A stretch of DNA of 64,000 bases from Octopus vulgaris (lineage: Eukaryota): positions 64,108,001 through 64,172,000 of the forward strand of contig OX597819.1 in NCBI GenBank assembly GCA_951406725.2, read 5' to 3'. Shown in pieces: positions 1 through 13,809 of this stretch. Each line of letters opens with the position of its first letter. Position 1 is the first letter of the stretch. The translations under genes and the position numbers were made by a program. Below the pieces are notes generated by a model that saw nothing but the letters and a program-made list of their open reading frames with translations, made no database searches and had not been told where the DNA came from.

Positions 1-165
1 TGAATAAAGTTTTTTGAATAATCTGATGAATTGAGCTCGTGAAGGAATGCGAGAAACAGCCTATATTGTAATATATACAAGATAGTATTGGGGATAAGTA
101 TGTATACCTGTACATAAGTATACGATTATGATTTTCTTGGAGGTACGCAGCTATATTCAGATACA

Positions 166-242
<77 letters not shown>

Positions 243-251
243 GTTTGTATG

Positions 252-299
<48 letters not shown>

Positions 300-334
300 C
301 ATATATATATAAATGTGGGTACGTGTTTATTTTC

Positions 335-389
<55 letters not shown>

Positions 390-1451
390 CACACATGCGA
401 CGAAAATAGTTAGGTACAATGCTTGTCTTACCGTTGTTTCGAAATCAGCCATGAATGTTCCAATGTGTTCACGTTATATTTCTTACTTACGGTCAAGCAT
501 TCAAATTTACTTAAATCATCCACTGCTGAATTCGAAATATCAGTGTTGTTGAATCGTCTATAGAATCTGAAAATTACTAATTGTGTGTCTCTTTACTTTT
601 CGCTGCATATCCCTCGTATATCATAACTAGTAACACTTCTCAGGAAGTCTTACTAACTAAAGTGGTCGATTAACTACCACACTGGAAGCTGCTTGGTTAA
701 TGGTAGTGTACGGGAAATCTAACTTATGCTGTACTTGATTACTTGTATAAATTGTTTTGCTTATTTTCCAATGCGACTTCTGCACTTAGCACTTTACAAT
801 TTCATTTATCTTGCAAATTCCGCTTAATTGTGTATCTTATATTTTGCTTCACAATTTTTCTCTTTTCATTATGGTGCATTCGCTTTACATTTATAAAGTG
901 AATCGATAATATTTAAACACTTCGTTCTTTCCCCATCTCCTACCAACGAACAACATGTTCTTTTTCTTTTGAAGGAACTGTCCTCATGAGACCACAAACT
1001 ATCCTCCGCATGTTTGAGTAAGAATTCATTCGCGTTTCGTGGAACTTTATTTCGAAAATATATAATGGGAAGAAATGTTAAACGTGACTGGAGATAAGGG
1101 AGCTCAATATATGGAAGAAAAATAGTTACATAAGTTTCGGTTGCATTCCTTACAAAGAGATATAGAACGTATTCACCTACTCTATTCTGTACACCAAATG
1201 ATATATGGGTACATGATGTCAGTAACGGTGCAAATAACATGAAATACGTAAACAAACGAGGGAAAACCGAATGAAGTACGTAAATAACGAGAAAAAATCG
1301 GAAGCAGGACAAGTAAACACAAGAGAAAGCTCTATCTACTCCTCATTTCAAGCAATCAACGAAAATGTAGGTCTTCAAAACAGTTGCTCCCATAAATTCT
1401 AAAATAAAATTTAGGATTTATAGAGGGTCAAATTTTAGTAACAAAAAGTGA

Positions 1452-2070
<619 letters not shown>

Positions 2071-2253
2071 CAAATTTTGTAAATAATAGTACATAATTTT
2101 TCATCTCTTAAATATAGAACTATAAAAATGACACAAAAGGAAATCGAACGAAAATACGGAGGGTGGTAAGACCAGAACAAGCGAAAAATATTGAACGGTG
2201 GGAGAAATATTTTTTCTTTAAAAGAGAAAAGAGAGAAGAGAGAGAGGGAGAGA

Positions 2254-2301
<48 letters not shown>

Positions 2302-2790
2302 AAGTCCGTTCTTTTAAACGTCCGTTTCGGAAAGGGCAGATGGTCACGTGAAGAAAAGACATGGACGATGATCACGTGTGACCAACAGGAGAGAGAGAGA
2401 GAGGGAGGGAGAGAGAGAAAGAGAAAGAGGGGAGAAAGAGCATATATTAAAAATTGTTTTACATACTAAATTTAGAGGACTGCCCACTAAAGGTGGACAG
2501 CCTATATGCTAAACATAGGCGTCAAATCGCCATTACCACGAAGGATATGTTCTCAAGAAAAATCTCAGCAAAAAACCAAAATGTAAAAATAAGCAAGACA
2601 AATGAAAATATACGAAATAAAAACGATTACCTATGTAACATTGGTTTCACTTGTTAAACTTTTCTCACTGAAATTCATTAATATAAATACAAAATCAATG
2701 TGATCTAAGTGTTTCTAGGCACTGAAGTGGATTATCTCCCTTGTCAGTCATTCAGATAATGTGCTTTTTGTATCTATCAATCTCTCTATC

Positions 2791-2839
<49 letters not shown>

Positions 2840-4325
2840 ATATATATATATACTTTATTAAAAATCAGCAAAAATGTTACAAAAATTGTTACTCAGAATT
2901 TCAGCTTTCCGCTTAAACAAAACTGTCCCACGAACGGAAACGTGAAACCGAGTAAGAGTTTTTGTGATACCTTTGCTGCTTTTTAAGCATATTACTCTAC
3001 CTCTGGTATTCGAGTACTATTTTTCCACCTTCTTTCTCATTTATGTGCTTACTCTGGAATACGCACACACAAACACACATACACCCACACACACACACGT
3101 ATTTATAGGTCAGTACCTTATGTTGAGTATAGGAAATCCATGTTTATATTATAGAATTGATTCTAATGAGCAATTTGAATTAATTGTACGTGCGCTACGC
3201 ACTCACAATTCCCCAAAATTGTTTTTACTCTCTTCATATTTACTTCAATAAGCTGAAGTAAATATAAATTTCCAATTTTCTTCATGACGTGATACCGAGT
3301 GCGTGGTACTGGAAAGCTGCGAAATACTGCAGTATACTGGTGTCCGCTGCTCTTTTTTCACTTCCGGTACGATTTCGTTTCACCTAACTCCAAAGTGTAC
3401 CGAGTCCTTTACACGATATGTCTTGAAAAGAATGTTTCCTGGAGAAAAAAAAAAGCGAAGCACCTGACGTCTAAACAACTCACATATGTTGTGTATGTGA
3501 TATTAATGTAATAATCTTTGCAGTATTGAACTATTCCAAAAGCATAATTCAAAGGCAGGCACACACACCCATACACATACACTCACAAACAAGCACAACC
3601 ACAAAAAGATACATACATGCATACATATATACATACGTACCTACATATATACATACACAGTGATGACATTTTGTGCGTTTGTGTGTTTTGAGTGCTTGTG
3701 TATATAAATACAAATATTCCAAGACTGAGTTTGTTATACGTGGAGAAAAAAATCGTCATAAATCAAAATCGATAACTTATTAATAAACACAATTTGGACA
3801 TCAAGTTAAAACAAAGCGTGAAAATAAATACAATATAATCACAGACGTGAAGACTTAAAATGGATAAAATTTCTCAAATGTGTAAATGTATATAGAATAT
3901 AATGAAAAATAATTAGAAATATATAGAAAAATAAAACCAATGCAGAACTCATAATTTGTTGATGTTGAGAAATAAATAAGTAAATGGAATCTGAACTGAA
4001 TACCATGGATAAATAAATTGATTAAGAAAAAAACTTAAGAATCGCAAACTATTGTTTTAAATTGAATTTTAAAATAGCTAGAATGCAAGAATACATTTAG
4101 AAAATTGCTTTACAACAGAGAACAAAAATGCAGCGTAATCATAAATATTATGTTAATAATAATGATGTAATGATAGTAATAACAGTAATAATAATAATAT
4201 ATTAATAATAGCAACAACAACGATAAAAACAATAATTCAGTGCATTAGCACAATATTTTAAATACTAATACCAGTAAAAGGAGCAGCGTTTCTATCAGCA
4301 ACAATAGCAGTTGTAATACTAAATT

Positions 4326-4364
<39 letters not shown>

Positions 4365-4477
4365 AAGCAGTAGTAGTGGTGGTGGTGGTGGTGCTGGTGG
4401 TGGTGGTGGTGCTGGTAGCTGTGACGGCGGTGGTATCTGCGGTGACGATGTTTGTTGTTACAATATTCTTTGCAACA

Positions 4478-4593
4478 AGGCGGCGAGCTGGCAGAAAGGT
4501 TAGCACGCCGGGCAAAATACGTAGCCGTATTTCGTCTGCCTCTACGTTCGAATTTTAAATTCCGCCGAGGTCGACTTAGCTTTTCATCCTTTC
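4478..4593 (+). mobile_element. tRNA-derived SINE family B (OR2-like), 5' half fused to an HHR tail
   Basis: aaggcggcgagctggcagaa..ttagcacgccgggc..gaggtcgact..tttcatcctttcg matches the copies at 21115 and 54533. Confidence 0.8.
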
Positions 4594-4639
4594 GACACCT
4601 GATGACGGCTGGAGGGTATATCAGCCGAGACGTTGTGTT
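4594..4639 (+). ncRNA. Minimal type I hammerhead ribozyme (GAAA box mutated to GAGA)
   Basis: gacac-CTGATGA-c-ggctg-gagggtatat-cagcc-GAGAC-GTT-gtgtt. The tail continues to about 4687 and matches 2028-2070. Confidence 0.7.
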
Positions 4640-4824
4640 GACAACGAACAAGATGAGGACAAATATCCGTCAAAGGTAAATAACGTATCTTTCTGAATGT
4701 TCCGAGAATTATTTGCTATTTTTGTAAATTTTTAATCATCTGCACAAAAAGAGAGAAAACATATTGATTGCAACGCTGTATGACAATTACATATACAGGG
4801 CTATATTTCCGGTGAATTGGATGC

Positions 4825-4937
4825 TATTATTATTATTATTATTATTCAGGTCACTACCTGTAATCGACCTCGGAATCTTGGGTTTAGTAACCCACACACT
4901 TAACCACTACGCCATATGCCCGTGGGCATATGGCGTA
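4825..4937 (-). mobile_element. Second copy of the tRNA-head/(AAT)n element, with its palindromic centre
   Basis: (TTA)n-caggtcac..aatcgacctcggaatc..ttaaccactacgcc, then a perfect 14-bp stem tacgccatatgccc-gt-gggcatatggcgta. Confidence 0.8.
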
Positions 4938-6047
4938 TTCAGAAAGATGTTCTATATTATACAATGACATAAGATATCAACTAGCGTTAAAAAAAAATTT
5001 AAAGACTACGGCGGCATAATATAAAAGGGCATGGGTTAAAAAGTCTTGACACATTTCCATACTGGAAAATATTCGGCGTACATGCGCTATCAGCAAATTA
5101 CCTAACTTCGGTACATGGATGACGCATTGCTTTCGTATATAAACTTCACGTCTTTCAAACTTAAAAATTGCTGTTGTAGCTAACACTGCAAACCATTTAA
5201 AATTTGGAAAGGGGATTTATATTTATGATTCCCACATCTTTTAAAGGAACATGTTATAACAACCAATATACAATTCTTGTATGCTAAATCATGTCCATAC
5301 AATCGGACATTGCCCAGTGGTGTGTTGTCGTACACAAGAGGTAGCGAGTCTAGTTGTATTCGGGGTCTGTAGCTGGTATGTGTTCAGCAGTACTGGGGTG
5401 TTACGTTCATAGGGCTGTGTACCATGAATAACCAGAGAGCAGTAAAATCGAAGATTATAGTGTTGTATGCTACATATTGCCGGATGATCAGGGCAAGGCT
5501 TGGTCAAGTATACATTTTCCCTTGAATTACGCTTCATTACGTCATAGTGCATTTTCTACGACGTGGTAACTGCTGTGCTCCAGCATTATAATCGATTAAA
5601 ATAAAGCGATGTTAGAGAGTTCGCATTTATGAAAAGATGTAAATGCTCTAAAATCAAAGTAATATTCAGTATGACAAATACAGAAATGGAAGAAACATTT
5701 GAAAACAAATTTTATGGGCGCATAAAATATTACCATAGAAATAAAAGTAGAAAAAAAATGGAATAAAAATCTGAAAGAAATAACGAGCACTATTTTTCGG
5801 ATGAAATAAATAGTTTATGGTTATAAAATTTTCATCTGGGCGCTAAGTAAATTAGCAAGACTAGACAGTAAAGCCGTAAAAAATAATAACTGCGCTTAGA
5901 ATACTCCAATGTTATGGTTGTTATTCAACGAGTTCATTAGGAAATTTGCAATTGCTACAGGTGAAATTGTACACAGTTGTGTCTGTGAAAACTGAATTAA
6001 TAGCTTACGTTTTAAAAACAATATATCTTTCTGCGGTAACAGTATAA

Positions 6048-6288
6048 TTATTTCTTTATTGCCCACAGATGGGAGGGGCTAGGTATAGTGGAGACAAACA
6101 AGGACGGAGAGAGGGATTAAGTCGATTACATCGATCCCAGTGCATAACTGGTGCTTATTTAATAGATTCCGAAAGGATGAAAGGCAAAGTCGTCCTTGGC
6201 GGAATCTGAACTCAGAACGTAACGGCAGACAAAATACCGATAAGCATATCACCCGTCATGCTACCGATTCTGTCAGCTCGCCGCCCTT
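6048..6288 (-). mobile_element. tRNA-derived SINE family B, full length with TSD
   Basis: Reverse complement of the 54533 copy, flanked by the direct repeat gc(g/a)gtaacagtataat. Confidence 0.85.
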
Positions 6289-6443
6289 GCAGTAACAGTA
6301 TAATGGTACATAAATACTTTCAAGGCAACATAAACCTGTATTTGCTAAATATGTTTTGTATCCATGTATGATTTCCATGAATTATATAATTTTCTTCAAC
6401 ACGGGTTTCTGATGCATTTAGAAGCCTGGTCAATTATATATGA

Positions 6444-6826
6444 CTAGCAGTATCACCCGGCGTTGCTCAGGTTTATAAGGGAAATAACTATAAAGCATTT
6501 TTAGAGAGTTATAGCCAAAAAATAGCAAAAAAATGGAAAAAAATGATGGTAAATTTTTTTTTTAGTTAAAAAAGGTGGAGTTGCGTCCCCTAGACAGTTT
6601 GCGGTTTGTGTTTCTGATTCTCGACCCCATGTCGAATTTATCGATTTTTTTCAGAACTGGGGGAACTTTTCAAAATTTTCGCTGCGTTAGTTTTGAATTA
6701 TGACATTGGGCTATGTGTGTGTCAAGTTTCATCAGAATCGGTTGAAAGCCGTGGTCAGGGTGAGGGTACAAGCAAACAGACACACAGAAACACGCACAGA
6801 CAAACTGCCGTTTATATAGAGAGAGA
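6444..6826 (-). mobile_element. Non-autonomous Helitron
   Basis: On the minus strand: 5'-TC(TC)nTATATAAA, a (CTGT)-like tract, a subterminal GC hairpin cctgagcaacgccggg and terminal CTAG, inserted between A and T. Confidence 0.8.
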
Positions 6827-8814
6827 TTACAATTAAGGATGAAAATAATGTAGTGGAGACCAGATAATATATCAAATCTGTATATAATTGGGGGTTGGCT
6901 GGTAATTTTTGAAATCTATGAGACGTTAGGTTTTGCCAAGAAAATGAATATAAACTAAAAGTTGATGATTTTATACTGAATTCTAACAGTCCTAAAATCC
7001 AACGCCCTCAAAATTAATAAACATATATCAACACATATACAGTACAGCGACCACCATACTGTTTATCAAAACCTATCTGAATCTATGAAGAATAAATACG
7101 TAAAGAAATAATCCATATTTGCAATGCAGGGTAAATAAGGCTATTTTATTGGTTGATAAATATAAGCATTGATTAGCAATCACTTGGTTCCCTGCAAAGT
7201 ATACAGAAAGACAGCAGTTTGTTTTAGGATCGAAGATCTTGATGCTTCTGGCTGATGAGCTCAGATTTTATCCTCTGTCAACGGTTTGGAAAATAATTGT
7301 TTTGATTGGTATCAAGTGCTTCAAACACCTTTGATCAGACTTCCACATTCTCCTCCAAACGATTTGCCAAATACTGGGGAACCAGCTTTGCTTACACTTT
7401 CTATCACCTAAACTCTCCTCCCATCTTCCGTATATCATTACAAAGATTGTCAGGTTGTGAATCATGCTTACAAAATTTGTATAAATTTTCCATAATTAAA
7501 AAAACGGTTATGATGAACATATTAAATAAAAAAAAGTTTTTAAAATACTCCATATTTTATTGAAATTTCTTTATTGAAACTTAGTATATTATTATTTCAG
7601 TGAACTGCGCCTTCATACACACTCGAATTTATCTCGGAGGCTAAACTCTCTTTCATATAGTTTCTGTTTTCAAGAGAAAGAGTACTCTCTTGTGAGAGAG
7701 AAATAGTTCTTTTCCAATTGGAACAATAAATATAAATGTTCCTATTTCTCTACTTGCAGCAGTTTGTTAAAGTGACATAAGAACGCAAATGTCGGGAGCT
7801 GAGAGAAATCGGTGTACTGAAAAATACGTATCAGATCCGATTGAAGGTGTAAATAGCGACTAAAATCCGAATTTCGGAAAACGTAAACTCTTATAAATAC
7901 AATTTTCCGCGGGACAATACGACGTACAATTGTTTAAACATATAAACTCCAGAGCAGAAACACGCATGTCATGTGAGAGTTACAGTTTAATTTTTCCTAT
8001 TATACGTAATAAATGGAAAGCACCTCTAGCAACTGAGTAAAGTACATGTTAGGAGGCCATGTCTAATGTAAAAACTAATTTAAAAGAACAGAAGGTTTTA
8101 TCATGCTCCAAGCTACAGAAGTGTAATCAAGTCGAAGTTCTAGGTCGATTCACTCATAATGGATACGCCATCACTGTTAAGTAGCAAAGAATGTTGTTTT
8201 CGGAAATTATGTCATCCCAACTGGACATTACCGGTTGTAGAATGGCTGTGATTAGATATAAAAGGGTTCTAAATAATAGCACAAGATCGAGATGCACCCT
8301 AACAGGTATTTTGGGTCTGCGTGATAAACTGTATCGCAGAAAGGATTTCTTTACTTTGCAATGAACACAAGCGACATATCGCAATTCTATTTCTAAGCAG
8401 TGCCGGTGTTAAGTAAGACACTCTATGTATCAATACAACTTTGCCCAAATATGAGGTTACAAAAAAAAAAGAAAAAAGAAAAAAAAAACAACTAAACAAG
8501 TAGAGCAAAACATGTTCAGAAAGTTCATTCTGAGTCAATATGGTGTCTGATTTTTTATAACTGAAAAACAAAGTTCGATTTATCGGTTAAAAATAGATGC
8601 ATAACGAGAAAAAATTGTTCTACGAGCCGCATCTTTTTTCAAAAGTTTTCCACAGAGCAAAAAACGACTCCACATAACTAAACTTAGAAACAGGCATAAA
8701 GATTCATGTACAAATATACACGCAGCAGCACACGCTAATAGCTATACACTCAACCACTGAGAGAGAACATAAATATGCATATACATATATATATATATAT
8801 ATATATTATATTTA

Positions 8815-8846
<32 letters not shown>

Positions 8847-9013
8847 TATATATGTGTGTGTGTGTGTGTGTGTATGTATACATAACGATTTTATATCAAG
8901 CCATTATTATTCTATATATAGCTAGCTATCAAACTTATATCTTTCTCCACATCACTTCAGCCCTTCTCGCTCTATCCCTTTCTATCACTGTGTGTATGCG
9001 TGAGTGTATGTTA

Positions 9014-9046
<33 letters not shown>

Positions 9047-9849
9047 TGTGTGTGTACATACGTGCCTATATAATGTATGGCTGTGCATGTAAATATAAGT
9101 GTTCGTCTGTGTATGCGAGTGTATATTCTGCAAGTGTGTGCGTTTGTGCGTGTGATGGAGAATTTTATGCTTCTTAGTTTTCAAACCAAGATGAACGTCA
9201 TATATGAGAGAGGTCATAATCAGACGCAATAATGATTCTAAAAATATATCTGCATGAAAAATATTTTTTTTATCTACTTCAGCAATGTAATAATAAGGAA
9301 AAAGATCAAATAGAAAATTAAAAATAATGAGTTTTAATATTGATTTCCTTTTTTAAAAAGCAACAAAAGACAAATAGGCGATTCATATAAAAATGGATTC
9401 TCCATTGCTATCATTGTTACTGTATACTGTAGGATTCTATGGAATTTAATGTTGTATTTTTCAGACAAAATGTCGAAAGGTGATTTTGTGATTGTGGAGG
9501 AGACTTGTTTTCATAGCTGGGCAATCAACCATAGAAAGAGTTAGATTTGTTCTACCATAAACTCTGTAGGGTGTAGTGTAGAATTAAAACACAAGAAATT
9601 AAAAAATGCCTACTTCTATGTAAACACACATTAAAATAAATACTAAAACAAGTCGCATGCTATCCTGTTTAATTTTCTAGACATCACTGTATACACATCG
9701 ACATGATATACAAATATGAATACACACACACACGCACGCATATGTATATATATATGTGTGTGTGTGTATGTATGTATACACACACACATATATACATAAA
9801 AATGTATGCATATATAAATAAATAAATTATATATATATATATATATATA

Positions 9850-10153
9850 TTCTTTACTCTTTTACTTGTTTCAGTCATTTGACTATGACCATGCTGGAGC
9901 AGCGCCTTTAGTCGAGCAAATCGGCCTCAAGAGTTATTCTTTGAAAGCCTAGTACTTTATTTTATCGTTCTCTTTAGCAGAATTGCTGAGTTACGGGGAC
10001 GCAAGCACAGCAGCATCGGTTGCTGAAGAGAAAGCTGCAATATGGTATCCTTATTTAATCAGAATTTGGAAAATTGTGGCCTTTGAAACATGTGTAGAAT
10101 GTAATAAAAGGAATTCTGTACAATCTTCGTTCAACTCCATTTCTTCCATTCAC

Positions 10154-10235
<82 letters not shown>

Positions 10236-10391
10236 CATATATACGACGAGCTTCTTTCAGTTTGCCTCTACTAACTCCACTCACAAGGATTTGGACAGCC
10301 CAAGGCTATAGTAGAAGACACTAGCCGAAGCTACCACGCAGTGGGACAGTACCCAGAACGAAGCTACTTACCACACACCCACTTCTGCACC

Positions 10392-10392
<1 letters not shown>
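9850..10392 (-). mobile_element. SINE family A (internal microsatellite), interrupted by an HHR-bearing fragment
   Basis: Tail 9850-10022 and head 10245-10392 match 18881-19320. Insert at 10023-10160. Confidence 0.8.
10023..10100 (+). ncRNA. Type I hammerhead motif with extended stem II, followed by AATAAA (pLTR-like fragment)
   Basis: CTGAAGA-g-aaagctgcaat..attgtggccttt-GAAAC-atgt-GTA. The 5' strand of stem I is lost at the insertion junction. Confidence 0.6.
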
Positions 10393-10439
<47 letters not shown>

Positions 10440-10597
10440 ATATTAATATATATTGGTGCAGGTGTGGCTGTGTGGTAAGTAGCTTGTGTGTGTATTTATA
10501 TAGGTATGTATGTTCGTGTGTATGTCTGAGTCTGTATTATGTATAACATGCATAAATATATATTGTTTATAGATATAAATATATATATATATATATA

Positions 10598-11331
10598 CTA
10601 GCAATAAAGACCCGTCGTTGCCGGGTCATAGTGCTAGTGCATGTATATATGTGTATATATATGTGTACATATTACATGTACATCTATATATATATATATA
10701 CATCTAAACATAAAATGCAAAATACAAATTGATATCGCTAGAGATAACAATACTCAAAATATATAACAGACTGGAATTGTTAGGTCTTTTTTTTTCTCTA
10801 CATTCTATACTTAATAGGCAATAGTCTTTTCTTTAATTTAATTTTTTATTATCCATCTGGACTATTCCATTTCTGCACGCTAATTTTATTTTTAGTTTAT
10901 TCCCATTCATGTGAAACCACTTATTCAAGTTCAAGTCATTGATGCAATTTTATACCAATTGCTATTTTTACTTTTGTTATGTTCCGATTATATTATACTT
11001 TAGTTTGATTTTAATTATTACTTACTACATATAATTCAATTGTTATTATTATTTTTATTGTTAAAGTGAAAGCATCTGACATAAAATAGAGAAATATTTT
11101 TGTTTCACTTTTAACACGTAATAATGAAGTAGTGGAGAAGATATGATATTATATTATATATTGGCTCGCTCTAGGCAAGAAGTTGAACATTTTTGCCCAG
11201 GAAACTAGATGGAACCTAAGTAAGGCATGTGTAAAATTTGAATCAAATTGGTTGTGTAGTTCTTAAGTTTTAGGGAAACACACAGACAACAGACAGACAG
11301 ACACATATTCTCAGTTATATATATATAAAGA
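10598..11331 (-). mobile_element. Non-autonomous Helitron
   Basis: CTAG at 10598-10601, hairpin gacccg..cgggtc, (ACAG)n tract and a TC..TATATA 5' end. The 5' part is homologous to 13810-14190. Confidence 0.75.
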
Positions 11332-11355
11332 TATATATATATATATATATATATG

Positions 11356-11790
11356 TCTTGCAAACAACTTGCACATGCAAGTGCTACCAGTTAAAAGCTC
11401 CGTATATCGGAAGCTAGCAAGTGTATGGGGTCATCAGGAGAGAATGCGCGCCGTTTCGGGACCTACCTCTCGACGGCATCAATGCGCACCGGCCCCCCCT
11501 CACTGATATGAGGCTCCGCTTGCTAGATCAGCTGGTTATGATGAACTCAATTTACTTTTAGCCATCGCTCATCGTCTCTTTTTAACCAAATCCAGTAGCT
11601 AGCCTTCTCCACTGTAGATTGGATATCAGTCATGGTGGTATTGACTTTACGATGAGTTAGGCCTAACGATAAGAACAGTCGTCTCACGCTGTGTCCTACA
11701 AACCCTCTACATCCGACTTCGATAGGAAAATGTTCCGCTTTCCAGCCTGCGTCTTCACATTCCTCGAGGAGGTTTTCATAACGGTCTAAT
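11356..11790 (-). mobile_element. 3' end of a restriction-like-endonuclease non-LTR retrotransposon (HERO/NeSL-like) with its 3' UTR
   Basis: KLDRYENLLEECEDAGWKAEHFPIEVGCRGF..EKASYWIWLKR matches the RLE C-terminal motif. The stop at 11547 is followed by a GC-rich structured UTR running into (TA)n. Confidence 0.75.
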
Positions 11791-12040
11791 TTGACTGCGG
11801 CCATGCTGGAGCTCCGCCTTTAGTCGATCCCTGGACTTATTCTCTGTAAGCTAGTACTTATTCTATCGGTCTCTGTAGTCGAACTGCTAAGTTATGGGAA
11901 CGTAAACACACCACCATCGGTTGTCAAGCGATGTTGGGGGGGGACAAACACAGACACACAAACATACACACATACAAACACACACACAGACACAGACACA
12001 CACACACACATACACACACACACACATATATATATATGTA
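11790..12040 (-). mobile_element. SINE family A, 3' half
   Basis: ttgactgcggccatgctggagc..gtaaacacaccaccatcggttgtcaagcgatg + (CA)n. Confidence 0.85.
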
Positions 12041-12069
12041 CGAATAAAAGAATTTATTTGGAAATATAT

Positions 12070-12567
12070 CATGAATTTATCCCCTCCTTGTGTATCTAGC
12101 TCTTGCTTCTTTATTTGGAAGACTTTTAACGTATTTATATATGAATAACCTATAGTCTAATGACTAATTCGTCTTTTGTGCTAAGTCACTGGTAATAAAA
12201 ATTTATTTTTATTACCCTAATTACTATGTTTTAAATATTGCTCGATAAATTTGATAGTAAATTTTTACCGGCATCCCATTTGTTCGCCGAGTATAGTTTG
12301 TGTCTGCGCACTGGTCTGAAAAGTTAGAGTATACAGATCTCTAGATTTGTACGTGCTTCTAGCGATACGTACATCTTGGATTATAAAGGCCCTCTGTTGA
12401 TGAGTCTGGCCTTGGCAGATGAAGTCTATTCATTTGCTAAAAAGAAGATGAAACTGCAGTAAGGGAATAGCTGAGATGGTAAACGTTTTTAATTTTCATT
12501 CCATTTCGTGAATTTATCCCCTCCTTGTGTATCTAACACTTGCTTCTTTATTTGGAAGCCTTTTAAC

Positions 12568-12572
<5 letters not shown>
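12070..12572 (+). repeat. ~65-bp direct repeats flanking a degenerate hammerhead motif
   Basis: tgaatttatcccctccttgtgtatcta..ttttaacgtat occurs at 12072 and 12509. TTGATGA-gtctg..cagat-GAAG lies at 12397-12424. Confidence 0.6.
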
Positions 12573-12642
<70 letters not shown>

Positions 12643-12646
<4 letters not shown>

Positions 12647-12838
12647 TAAAAACGGTAAGATAACAAAAGAAAGAATGAGACCTAAATATTATGTAAATAG
12701 AGGAAATTTATCTATAAAATAATATGTACAATTACTCAATAGTCAAGATAAAACTCTGAGTTTCAGATGCCGAAGTGGAAATCCACAACACCATCTCTTC
12801 GGTTATCCTGACTATTGAGTAATTGTACATATTATTAT
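12643..12838 (-). mobile_element. Short foldback pLTR-like element with a hammerhead motif, within (TA)n
   Basis: ~34-bp inverted arms 12718-12751 and 12803-12836 enclose, on the minus strand, CCGAAGA-gatg..catct-GAAACTCAGAGTT. Confidence 0.7.
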
Positions 12839-13009
12839 ATATATATATATATATATTTAAATATATATATATTTATTAAGATTTATGGTTGTAAAAAGGC
12901 CAGGCCACCCTATCAAATCCATAATCGGTAGAACCTATTCTTTTAGCAGAATCCCTGTACTGATAGGAATTTTACTGTGTGTAGCTTCAGCCCAGAAACA
13001 AACTGTAAA

Positions 13010-13800
13010 GCTAGAAATGTAGCCTATAGTATAAGATGTACAGAGTGACGGTGCAGTTAACAAGACAACAACGTACGTAGGGGAAACAGCACGGAGCATA
13101 GCTGAGCGAATAAATGTGAAATTGGAGGGAAGCTAAGAAAGTGAAGATCTCATCAGTTCTGTACCAGCACACCGTGCAGGAACACGGGGACTCACTCAAC
13201 AACATAGATGTTAAAATCTTGTCAACACTTAGAACATACGCAAAGCTTAGACAAATTAAGAAGTTACACACATAATAGAAGATAAACCTAGCCTGAATAG
13301 GAAACTATAATGGAAGGCTAGCACACGCCCCCAATACACACAATATATGACAGAATAAGATCCCTATAAACTGAAATATAACATAATACAATACTTAAAT
13401 AAATAAATGGATTTAAATAATTATATACATAGACAAAATATATTTCATTAAATTAAATTAAATTCAAAAACGAGAAAAAACAGAAAAAAATTAGATATAA
13501 ACAAATGAACAAAAGCAAATTAAACGAACGTGAATAAAAAAGAGATATTGATAATACAGGCACATTCCCCACACACTAAACATAGACACACAGTGGTATA
13601 CACATGCGCAAATAAAGACACAAACAATAGGAATAAAAATGGCACACAATAAAGAAGACACACAAAAAGAACGAAAAAAGCAAATGACCACTGGTGAGGT
13701 CACAGAAGTATGACGATATAACTCTGGTTAGTTGAAGCAATTGAACACCAAATATACAGTGCGCGTGTTGTTTTTATTGGCTAAACTGACAACATGACCA
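13010..13800 (+). mobile_element. Decayed Penelope-like element: GIY-YIG endonuclease remnant + 3' pLTR with HHR
   Basis: Frameshifted translation NVAYSIRC..YVGETARSIAERI..SSVLYQHTVQEH..VKIL..EVTHIIEDKPSLNRKL* (13016-13310). HHR-like gacca-CTGGTGA-g-gtca..tgac-GATA..tggtt at 13686-13729. Confidence 0.75.
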
Positions 13801-13809
13801 TCCACAAAT

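Noticed and set aside
20-66. CTGATGA..GAAACagc hammerhead-like motif at the window start
   Set aside because: The spacer before helix II is too long, the cleavage triplet and stem I are unclear, and the context is cut off by the window edge.
5289-5552. Non-repetitive ORFs (also 869-1312, 7268-7465, 35579-35908) as host exons
   Set aside because: No recognisable motifs or consistent splice structure. Small real exons cannot be excluded without RNA-seq.
11428-11462. GAAAC...CTGATGA on the minus strand as a type II hammerhead
   Set aside because: Helix II cannot form (tccc versus cccc), and CTGATGA is better explained as part of the UTR stem.
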